Below are positions 1 through 9,303 of a stretch of DNA of 64,000 bases, piece by piece. Position numbers and translations under genes: made by a program. This DNA comes from Fistulifera solaris (taxonomy: Eukaryota). The DNA is taken from positions 744,001 to 808,000 of the forward strand of contig AP026162.1 in the NCBI GenBank assembly GCA_030295235.1. Direction: 5' to 3'. How positions within the stretch are numbered: the first letter of the stretch is position 1; the number at the start of each line of letters is the position of its first letter. The notes under the pieces were generated by a model. It did not search any database. It worked only from the letters and a program-made list of their open reading frames with translations, and was not told the DNA's origin.

Positions 1-269
1 TCTACCACATTTTGTTGGTCAAATGAGAACAGCCGGCGGGCGATTTATTTAACGGCTTCGTTTCTAGTATCGTATAACGTGTAGTCACTGAGTAGCGGAC
101 AGCGGACGCACCTTCCGTTGTAATTCAAAATATAAATCCGGGTTTTTTACTTCATGTTCGATGGCCGCCTTTCATCTTCGTCAACATTCATAGATATTCA
201 TTCTTCGCCACACTTGAGGTCGACATAAATGAATAAGATTAATCTCTATTGCTGTTAATAGTTCCCAGT

Positions 270-1310
270 ATGGACCCTAGTCAAGTCTGGATTTATCATG
301 AACGTCAGCGTGCTTTACTGTGCGGTCAGCATGCACTGAATAATCTCGCTCAAAATAATGTGTTCTCAGCTGGCGAGCTCGCTGACATTGCTCACGACCT
401 CGATAAATTAGAGATGGATGTTTGGGCTCAAAACAATGAGGGAGGAGTCAATTCAAAGGAATTTCAACAGCGGCTGATAGAAGGTAGCAGCAATGTCGAC
501 GCTCAGGGAAATTTTAGTATCGAGGTTCTCAAAGAAGCAATGCACCAACGCTACGGAATCCGATTGCCTCACTTATCGGCGCAAGACTTGCTGTCGGGCA
601 GGGATATTACTGATATGCAGGGATTTTTATGTCACAAATCAGATCATTGGTTCGCGATTCGTCTCATAGGTGACAGATTCTGGAATTTGAACAGTATGCT
701 CGAAATACCTGTCGTTGTTAGTCACTTCAAGCTCGCGACCGAAATGAGCAAGTGGAAGGACGAAGGCTACACTATCTTTTGCGTCCCTTCGGGACTACCA
801 ATTGCTGGTGTAAAGCTGGGAAGTGATGCGTCTTGGCATTGTATGGCTGATCTGTTGCAAGGTAGAGCCACAAGCGACGCGTCGCGAAAAAATGCTTGGG
901 AGAATGTGGGGTCAGGGATGCGTCTTGATGGACAAGTAACAAGCAGATCCATCGAAGATTTAACAGAAGAAGAACAATTGCAGCTTGCGTTAGCAGATAG
1001 TTTGAATCCTACGATGCTGAATCCAGTCAGTAGGGAAACTCATTCGATTCCAGTCCCAGAGGAGCCTCCCGCAGGTACACCTGGAGCCGCGCGCATTCAG
1101 TTTCGGCTACCGGATGGAAAGCGCGTCGTACGGCGTTTCAATGCAACAGATTCGGTTGCCTGTATTTATGCGTTTGTAGAGCAGGAGTGCGGGGGAAGTG
1201 CCGTCGATTTGAAAGGTGGTTATCCTCTGAAGGATCTTGCTAGCTTGCTTACTTTAACCATCGCGGATGCCAAACTTGCTGGTGGAAATATTCAAGCATC
1301 GATAAAATAG
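270..1310 (+). CDS. ATXN3: Ataxin-3-like deubiquitinase (Josephin + SHP-like box + UIM + C-terminal UBX)
   Basis: Josephin motifs IYHERQ..LCGQHALNNL (catalytic Cys), GNFSIEVL, HWFAIR (His) and WNLNS. UIM TEEEQLQLALADSL. UBX-like RIQFRLPDGKRVVRRF...GGYP. First ATG is at 270. Confidence 0.92.
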   Translation: MDPSQVWIYHERQRALLCGQHALNNLAQNNVFSAGELADIAHDLDKLEMDVWAQNNEGGVNSKEFQQRLIEGSSNVDAQGNFSIEVLKEAMHQRYGIRLPHLSAQDLLSGRDITDMQGFLCHKSDHWFAIRLIGDRFWNLNSMLEIPVVVSHFKLATEMSKWKDEGYTIFCVPSGLPIAGVKLGSDASWHCMADLLQGRATSDASRKNAWENVGSGMRLDGQVTSRSIEDLTEEEQLQLALADSLNPTMLNPVSRETHSIPVPEEPPAGTPGAARIQFRLPDGKRVVRRFNATDSVACIYAFVEQECGGSAVDLKGGYPLKDLASLLTLTIADAKLAGGNIQASIK

Positions 1311-1392
1311 TAAATATTACAATGCTGTGATATGTGAAACCGAGTATAAAAGTCATGATTTATAGTAAGCGAAGCGGGATCACGCCGATTAA

Positions 1393-4300
1393 CTAAACGT
1401 TTTGAACTTCTTGTGCTGCCCGCTCAGAGACACCGGAACCAAATGTGATTGATTCTTCCTCCCCGTCGTCTCGGCCATTGGTTGTGCGCATACGTGCCAT
1501 GGTACTCTTCCGAAATTGATTCATTCTTGCAAAAGTCTGCTGACCGGATGCCTGAGCTGTAGTTGTAGTGCCTTGTTGCTGGCCTCCAAAGCGAGCAAAC
1601 GGATTCCTCTTCAACACCGCTGGAACGCTCGGAGTAGCTTTAGTCTCAGTTTTTGTTCCTGGATTGCTGGGAGTAGAAGCCTTATTCACGGAGTTAATAC
1701 TCGTCTTGACGGAATTGTTAAGAGCTGCGCCCAAACCTTTGAAAGGGTTGGACCTTTGAACGTCCTTTGCTTCATTTGGAGCGACAGGTGCAGGAGAGTC
1801 CGACTCTTGTTGCTTTTTGGTAGGACTAGCAATGTCACCCTCCGATTTGGGTTTTTCTGTGGCCTCGTCGGAACGATTCGGTGCCTTTGTACGACCGGCG
1901 AATGGATTGAGGAAGGTTATACGATTTGCATCTTCCCCCTGTCCATCCGATTGGCGTTCTCTCGGACGGAAAAGTTGCGGCATACGAAAATTGCTTTCTT
2001 TCTTCTCCATATCGGCCGCAATGTTCTCCAACTGTTGCGAACGCTTTGTCATTGCCACCAACGAACTTTCCAGCAGGTTTCCAAAGACACGCTGAGCCTT
2101 TTCTGAGGCCGTCTCATTGTGCATTTTCTCCATCTGTCCGAACAAAGACGACTCGGGGTTGTAGTCAACGAGAACACTAGATGCTGACAAATGATGAGCT
2201 GGGCCTTCTCGTACGAGCCACGAGTGTGCCGCTGCGAAACCTCCTTCCATGATCGAAACGAATGGAAATCCCTTCTTGATGAAAAATAAAGCGCACAGGT
2301 TTGTTCTCGAGTCATCTCCGCTAATAAGATCAATCAAGTTTTGCGAACTTTTTTGTGAATAAAGAGAAGGTAACGCCGAGAATCCTTCTCCCATGATCAC
2401 AATGTGTACAGCTCCGCGAAGCGACTCGAACATCTCTTCGTTCATTTTGATCCTTTCAGGGTCCAAAAGCGCTTCAGGACTCAAGCTAACAGCAGTTGGA
2501 AATCTCCCTTGTTCCGTGGCGGCTTCATCCGAGCGAGCATCGACAATATAATATTTCAGAGACTTGCGAGAGGTGAGCAGGCCCCTTCTCCGTGCCGATC
2601 CTCGTGTTGATGAAGCATCTTTGCTCCAGCACACTACTGGTAATACCTCACCCGGAGAGACAGTGACGGTGACTTGATTGTTCCCAGAATCACCGTCAGA
2701 AGATTGTCCATCTTTGTCAGGGGCGACTTTTCGACGATTACCCAATCCCCGATTCATAGCAGCAAGTAATTTAGAGGTACCCCGCAGAGGATTTTCGCTA
2801 GTTTTTGCAGTGGGCGTTTGCCCATTGGTGCTGACCGAGTTAGCAATAGCCGGGTTGAATCCTTCCCCGTATTTAAGAAGCAACTTCGAGTTCAAAACAT
2901 CTAATCGGCCCTCATAGTTCTTCATTATCTCATCAATGTTGCTCTCTTTATCCGGCGCGTGAACTCGGTAGAAAGCCACCAAACGCGCTCTATTCAACCT
3001 TTCACGTGCCGCATTGGCTTTTTCCTCCTGAGCTTTCTGGTGAGCTTCGGCCTCTGCTTTCAGTCTTGCTTCAAGAGCAGCTTCTGCGCGTTCTCGACGA
3101 AGATCCAACGCCTGCATGAGCGCCTTGTCCACCGACATATTCAGTATAGAGATCACAGATTCAGGAGTACGACTTTGTAAAGATTCAGCCTGATCCCACC
3201 ATTTCGCCACTTGACACCGTAAATCCGTGTCGTCACCGCCCTTGTGCGAAGCAGATGAAAGGAAAGACTGAAACTCATTTGCTAGAGCATCATCTGTCAA
3301 CAACAAAAGATCATCGGAAATATCTTGGAGCAAAGCCAGCGCCAAAAAGAAATGAACATCCTTTGATTCAAGCAGAAAGGTCTTGTCCCAGACATTCAAA
3401 ACGCTTTCTACGGGGAACGACTCTTTTCCGTCACTTTGTGGCCATGCCGCGCCAGCCCACATCGTCAAAAACCATGACCCCGGAAGCTTGCCTTGCTGCT
3501 GCAGATTACGACTAATGACGGTTGCGGATTGTGTTTCCGCTTTCGTCTCATCGGACTGTCCCAAAAGGCTTTCCAAACTAGGCCAGTACCAACCAGGCAT
3601 GTAACGATCCAGATGAAACACGAGAAGCGGCAAGTGATAAGTGGCCAAGGCATAGAAATCCGTGTGTAACAATAACGCGGCCTCCCATCTTTCATTTGAC
3701 TTCAGCGCCAACAGAGGCAAATGATTAGCGAGAACTTTGGAAAGAGCCACGCTCACCGCCGCTGCGGGCATTCCAGTCGACAACAATATTGCTGCTGCCG
3801 CAGGCACTAACGAATCGTCGGTCGATTCGGTAGTTGTACTATCAGCATTCTTTGCAGGATCTTCTTCGTTGGGTGGAGGCACCGCAATCGTGTCTTTGAA
3901 ATAACACATTAGAAGCTTGGTCAGGTCTCCTCGGCACTCGTCGGATGATCGTCCCGATTCTTGCGACACGACGGGCGCCCAACGAGTGGCGAGTTCTGTA
4001 ATCCATGCCGGTCGCTGTGACTCGTCTGGCAATTCCCATTTCTGAAACGAATCGGCTAAGCTAGTTGCCAGCGTTTCCTCCAATGACTTGGAACAGAGCA
4101 TTCGACAATAAAGCTCGGATCGAAGTTTCGGGTCGATTGATGGTGTTTGCACGCGGTATAATTCACGAATTTGCTGCGGTGTCGATTCGCTGGATTCCAG
4201 TGCTTCTTGAAAGGTTGCAAAAGTGGGAGGAAGATCGACGACGGTCGCCGCTTCTGGCAAAAGCGACGCTTCGGTAGTCACTTCTGGCGTCGATTCAGCC

Positions 4301-4626
4301 GACACCTTGGTATCCGCTGGAGGTGTGACTGTAAATGATGATTCTTCTGTCTCAACTTTCTTCGGACTAGCTGCTTCTAATAAAAGACTATCCGATATAT
4401 CATCATCCAACCAGTTCAAAATGTCTTGTGTTTCCTGATCCAAATTCACCGCCGTGTTCCCCGTCCCCACGGCGGCACTCTCATTCGCGATCATTTCTAA
4501 AAGGGAGTCATCCGTCCCAGTCCTTTCTCGCGTAGCCGGTAAAGCAGTTGAATTGGAAGTTAAATTCGTAGCAGTCTCCGCGGAAAAGGAGAACAAATCT
4601 GCCATGTCGTCATCGTCTGCGTCCAT
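1393..4626 (-). CDS. TBC1D23: TBC1D23-like protein (TBC/Rab-GAP-like domain + rhodanese-like domain, disordered C-terminus)
   Basis: 1077-aa intronless ORF. TBC-like LATYHLPLLVFHLD and VLNVWD. Rhodanese-like IVDARS...GRFPTA and FIKKGFPFVSIMEGGFAAAH. Confidence 0.8.
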   Translation of the reverse strand: MDADDDDMADLFSFSAETATNLTSNSTALPATRERTGTDDSLLEMIANESAAVGTGNTAVNLDQETQDILNWLDDDISDSLLLEAASPKKVETEESSFTVTPPADTKVSAESTPEVTTEASLLPEAATVVDLPPTFATFQEALESSESTPQQIRELYRVQTPSIDPKLRSELYCRMLCSKSLEETLATSLADSFQKWELPDESQRPAWITELATRWAPVVSQESGRSSDECRGDLTKLLMCYFKDTIAVPPPNEEDPAKNADSTTTESTDDSLVPAAAAILLSTGMPAAAVSVALSKVLANHLPLLALKSNERWEAALLLHTDFYALATYHLPLLVFHLDRYMPGWYWPSLESLLGQSDETKAETQSATVISRNLQQQGKLPGSWFLTMWAGAAWPQSDGKESFPVESVLNVWDKTFLLESKDVHFFLALALLQDISDDLLLLTDDALANEFQSFLSSASHKGGDDTDLRCQVAKWWDQAESLQSRTPESVISILNMSVDKALMQALDLRRERAEAALEARLKAEAEAHQKAQEEKANAARERLNRARLVAFYRVHAPDKESNIDEIMKNYEGRLDVLNSKLLLKYGEGFNPAIANSVSTNGQTPTAKTSENPLRGTSKLLAAMNRGLGNRRKVAPDKDGQSSDGDSGNNQVTVTVSPGEVLPVVCWSKDASSTRGSARRRGLLTSRKSLKYYIVDARSDEAATEQGRFPTAVSLSPEALLDPERIKMNEEMFESLRGAVHIVIMGEGFSALPSLYSQKSSQNLIDLISGDDSRTNLCALFFIKKGFPFVSIMEGGFAAAHSWLVREGPAHHLSASSVLVDYNPESSLFGQMEKMHNETASEKAQRVFGNLLESSLVAMTKRSQQLENIAADMEKKESNFRMPQLFRPRERQSDGQGEDANRITFLNPFAGRTKAPNRSDEATEKPKSEGDIASPTKKQQESDSPAPVAPNEAKDVQRSNPFKGLGAALNNSVKTSINSVNKASTPSNPGTKTETKATPSVPAVLKRNPFARFGGQQQGTTTTAQASGQQTFARMNQFRKSTMARMRTTNGRDDGEEESITFGSGVSERAAQEVQNV

Positions 4627-4964
4627 GGTGACGTGTTACTTGCACTTGAAGCGGATCCGTAAAATGTAGCAATCGCACTCTGTAGTGCGCTGGCAAAATG
4701 TTCTTTTGATAATTTAATGACGTCCTTTGAGTCGCTTTTTTATAAACTTTGTTGCGATTGTCAAGTAGGAAAGACTTCAACACAGAAACACTCCACGCCC
4801 CACGCCGCCATGAGCAGGCGACGGGTGGAGTTTTTTTCGTCCTCCTGGAACGTTTTTTATAATAAACCTTACAAGATCGCGTGAACGAGTGACTTTCTGT
4901 GTCACATCCTTTCCGTTGAGTTAAGCCTGAAACAGCATTTCTGTACTGTTATTCCTTGCTGTCA

Positions 4965-5117
4965 CCCAAAGTGTAGATTACTTTTTTCACGACGAGTAAC
5001 GTTCTATGTCGTATCAACTCCGTTGTATTAAGTCTAAAACAGAATGTTTGCAGTGTGATTTTTACTATATTCCAAAGTGTAGATTACTTTTCTCATGACT
5101 GGGCTTCAGTCATGAAT
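4965..5117 (+). repeat. Two copies of a dispersed palindromic element (CCAAAGTGTAGATTACTTTT..CAYGACTG-N5-CAGTCATG)
   Basis: ccaaagtgtagattactttt occurs at ~4966 and ~5072. Related copies lie at ~14905-14960, ~15185-15260, ~41526-41565 and, reversed, at 46298-46349. Confidence 0.7.
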
Positions 5118-5495
5118 CATTTTGTTTCGACCCAATCTAAAAGTGCAATACTTTATTGTATCCATTTTCGATCTGTTTTGGTTGGATTGAGTTTACCAAC
5201 CGCCTTGACAAAAGCCGCAAATTTCGCAATATTGACACGATTACTACTTACGCTGGAGTGTTACAAATGGTTAGAGCTATCGTCATGTCGCACCACTACC
5301 GGTGCATTAGCCTGTCTTCTTTCGCATGACCCGCGTGATGATCGTTTCACGTTTGTTGATGCGAATGTAAACAACGACGAATGACCCTTATAGCCTTTAG
5401 CTTTTGTAAAGTTGTAGACCTTGCATCATCATTACTTACCATTCCTATCATCCTCAAGAAAGTCTATCAAAGCCGGGAAGAATTTGTTTAATAAA

Positions 5496-7286
5496 ATGGC
5501 GACTATATCAAGGAAAAAGAAATCGCGGTCTTCGACACCAAATTCCATCTACGTGATGGGCATTTTGTGTCTCTTTGTGTGCGTTCTCCTCGCCTTCGTT
5601 ATGATCATTACGGTCGATAACAGCCTTGAGGAAGGAAAAACAACACACGAGTTAAATAATGTCTTGGAACAAGACGCGCCGGGGATTCGAAAGAGTCTCA
5701 AATCCGCGGTCCTACAAGAACGATTTCGTTTACGAAAGGCACTCGAAACCATGGCCGAAGGAAAAATACCGCCCCGATTGAAAGCACTTCGCGAAAAAGG
5801 TCAAATAGTGGGAGAACGTTTAGCAGAAGTTCGTTCCGGTAAAGAAACAGTCCCCGAAATATTGCAAGGAGAAGGAAGTGATGGACAGCCACCCAAGTCC
5901 GAAACGTTGATCGACAAGCCGCCCATTGAGTTGAACGAAATCATTCAATATCTAGATTCCTGGATTCACACTTTGCACGAAGTGTTGTTGGAACACAAAC
6001 ACGCTACATTCGAAGGCATTTGGCAAGCATACCATGATTTGACCGTCAAAACGCTCTATCCGTGGGACCGAGAATATTTGCAGCGGATGCCTCCCCGTCG
6101 TGACGATGGCTCGATTTTTCTTTCCGTCGCCACTTATCGCGATGAAAACTGCTTCAATACAATTTACAACGCGTACGGGAAAGCCAAGAATCCAGAAAAG
6201 CTCTTTGTCGGTCTCGTGCAACAAAACTGTCACGAAAATTGCAAGTCGGGAGTGCTCAGCAATCTGACCATGGTCGATGTACCGCCGGACGATGACTGCC
6301 AAAAATTATTCTGTGAATCAGACTTGGGAAAATATTGCGATCAGATTCGTGTTTTGAACATCAACGAACCGGAATCTCTCGGACCGTACGCGGCGCGCTA
6401 TTTTACCAGCAAGCTGTGGTATGGCGAACCGTGGTTCATGCAAATTGATGCGCACATGACGTTTGCGACACATTGGGATTCGATTAGTATCGAGATGCTC
6501 AAAGCGTGTCCCGCTCCCAAGCCGGTCTTGTCACACTATCCGCCTTCGCACACGGTCGATTTGGACAAACGAACCAAGCTACCAACCAGTCGTCTTTGTG
6601 GGCCCGTATTTGCGACATCGGACCTTGAATCACAAATCATCCGCCTAGAAGGAGCGGCTGTGTACGACAAGGACAAGGCTCCACTGCCTTGTTTCGCGCC
6701 ATTCACTGCGGCTGGATATTTCGTGGCTCACTCCGACTTCCTTCGAGAAGTACCGTTCGATCCGTTTTTACCGTGGATTTTCATGGGAGAAGAGATTATC
6801 ATGAGCAGTCGTCTGTGGACGGCCGGATACGACATCTTTGGTCCCAATCAAGCCGTTGTCGGACACATGTGTAAACCCGGGGCTTGTTGAAGGCTTTATC
6901 TGTTAATATCTCATCCATTTGTATCTCGTATTACAGACGTGCGCCGTCACAAACCCAAATTTTGGGAATCGGTACATCGAATGTTCACGAATGGTGTCCA
7001 CAATCCGCTTCAAGCGATGGTCTTGGATCGAGTCAAGTATCAACTTGGGTATCCGGAATCGGCAAGAGACATGCTTCCGCATAAGAGTATCTTGACGGCG
7101 GTCGATCACTATACTATGGGGACGGCTCGTCCCCTAGAAGAATACCTTCGACTTGTGGGTCTCAACATGACAACAAAAGAGGTAACGTACACTGGGTGGT
7201 GCGAAGAGGGTACACCTCCACCAGGATTTGAACAATACAATCACCTATATCCTGGCAAGGCGAATATGAGATTCAAAGGTAACTGA
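5496..7286 (+). CDS. GT60-family (Gnt1/Gnt2-like) alpha-GlcNAc transferase, type II membrane; exons 5496-6870 and 6937-7286
   Basis: Motifs SIFLSVATYRD, GPYAARY, MQIDAHM, FTAAGYF, EVPFDPFLPWIFMGEE and RLWTAGYD. N-terminal basic tail plus TM helix. Removing the GT-AG intron 6871-6936 restores GHM-Y-VRRHKPKFWE. Confidence 0.9.
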
Positions 7287-7305
7287 GCGCATTATATAAC
7301 AAAGT

Positions 7306-8322
7306 CTACAACGTTGTTGAGGAAGATGCTTCTGCGTCGTCCCAATCGTATTGATAATCATGATTGTCTGCGATGAAGTAGAAGAAGATAGATGATTCGT
7401 TGTCTGGGTTCTTCCACCCACCTTCCATGTGAGTTGGAACTCGAATCACATCCAACATGTCTTTCGTAGGAATTGACTTCCATCGCGAAAGTTTACCGAT
7501 CCACGGAGCAATCTCAAACGCTCCATCTTTATGACGCTGTCTCATGCCTTCGACAATAACCTCCAAGTCGTTTTGTAGTTCCACAAACGTCACGTTCAAA
7601 GTAACAGTATGCATGACTCTTTCTAGCGTGCTAGTCTTCGAGTTGTAGACTGTTTCATGATCCAAGTAACTCATTGAAAGCTGCACTTTATTTGTGTCAG
7701 CTTCAGACTCTACTCGACTCCAAGCAACGTTTCCGGAACCGGGCAAAAGAGCAGTGGGAATTACAAACGCTTCTCCCAGCCATCTCATGATTTCACCCGG
7801 TAGCAGTGCTGGGTTCTTCGTATCTTCCGAAGCAATAGGGACGATGCCTTCGACAGTAGCTATCATTTGAGCGGTGTCACCCACCCAAGCGTCCCGAATG
7901 TAGATTCGTGGCCAACCCAGTTTTTGAATCAATGCCATTTCCGCTTCCCAAACAAAGCCTGGTGAAGAGTCCGATGCGGAGACGGTTTGTTTAGCCGAAA
8001 AGGGCGCCCATTCGCTATCTTCGCTCGTGCGGAAATGCCCATGCTGTTTGAAACGAAGGGATCGAATGGAAGGAATATGTTTGTTTTGTTCGAGACTCGG
8101 TAGAGTACGTTGAAAGAAGGAACGAACGGGCGAAGGAAGGGACTCGAACGAACTATCGTCGGTGGATTTGGCGACAATGGAGGAAGAGGACGTGAAGAGG
8201 TTCTCTACGAGATTATCACTCTCCCTGTGCCATTTATCTCCGCGCAGACCACCCCAGACGGCGACGGCAATCAGTGCAGAAAGCGCGAGAAAAGGCAACG
8301 GAAGCTTGGAAATGTGTTTCAT
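7306..8322 (-). CDS. DUF6544/DUF6920-like protein with an N-terminal membrane anchor
   Basis: 338-aa ORF with WAPFSAKQ, PGFVWEA, GEIMRWLGEA..IPTALLP and VPTHMEGGW, resembling this mainly prokaryotic family (recognised by eye). Confidence 0.65.
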   Translation of the reverse strand: MKHISKLPLPFLALSALIAVAVWGGLRGDKWHRESDNLVENLFTSSSSIVAKSTDDSSFESLPSPVRSFFQRTLPSLEQNKHIPSIRSLRFKQHGHFRTSEDSEWAPFSAKQTVSASDSSPGFVWEAEMALIQKLGWPRIYIRDAWVGDTAQMIATVEGIVPIASEDTKNPALLPGEIMRWLGEAFVIPTALLPGSGNVAWSRVESEADTNKVQLSMSYLDHETVYNSKTSTLERVMHTVTLNVTFVELQNDLEVIVEGMRQRHKDGAFEIAPWIGKLSRWKSIPTKDMLDVIRVPTHMEGGWKNPDNESSIFFYFIADNHDYQYDWDDAEASSSTTL

Positions 8323-8637
8323 GGTGTTTTGGAGTTTTGTTTATGACATTTTTTAATTTTGAAACAATTTGAAAAATGCGAAGCGCTCGACACCATCACG
8401 TGCGAAGCGAAGCCGGCTATCAAGTTAAAACATCGAAACGGCTGTTGTGCGGATGAGCCGGAATTAACGATTCGAATACACCGAAAACGGAAAGAATAGC
8501 TGTGTTTGAGTTGATTGGTACTAGTTTAACACCATGTCGTGTCAATAAAATTAGAATGTTCATGATTTGGAAACAGCGGGGTCGACAAATCTTCCTGAGA
8601 CAAAACAAACAACAAGTTCGTGCTTCATCTCATATAA

Positions 8638-8865
8638 TTAGCCTTCATAAATCGGCTTGATCAAAGGGTGCCATTGATGCATCCATGCACAAAGCCAAAA
8701 CAACCACATGGCGAATGTCGCTATCGAAATGACAACGTTGGCAATTGCTGCGTTATCCTTTGATAATACCCCCGAAGACCTCGACGAGAACACAAAGCCC
8801 ACGCAGACCAGGCCCATTACCAAGTAAGCAATAGTGCCTTTAATGAGAGTTGGTGGGATACTCAT
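8638..8865 (-). CDS. ATP6V0E: V-type H+-ATPase V0 subunit e
   Basis: 75 aa with two TM helices and the diagnostic MWLFWLCAWMHQWHPLIKP motif. Confidence 0.93.
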   Translation of the reverse strand: MSIPPTLIKGTIAYLVMGLVCVGFVFSSRSSGVLSKDNAAIANVVISIATFAMWLFWLCAWMHQWHPLIKPIYEG

Positions 8866-9303
8866 GATGACTATGAGTTAGTCGAATTAAAAGAATTTGT
8901 TATTGTCCTGCAAAGCGGTCGCTGCCTTTTCGCGGCGATGGCCGCAGCAGCAAGCCGCAAAGCGCGATGAAACAGCGAGCGAAATTCATTTACGGATGAC
9001 GACTATAAAGTTTTATGTATTATCCATAGCAGAATGAGGTGCGCCCTAAGTAAGCCTAATTATTGGCGAGATTACGACACCGTTGGAGTAATTTCACATT
9101 TTTTAATTAGTCTCATGGCGTCATGAACGGCAATGGTTTGTACAAAATTTCTGAGTCCCAATGCCGCTTACAAAACATTCATCGCCTTTTTCCGCCTCTG
9201 GAAAATATGACACCAATAATACGCCTTCTTGCAACAAAACAAGCAAGGAAAGCTGTCATTAAAATCCAGCAGAATGAAACGACAATGAGAAGATAGATCA
9301 GAA

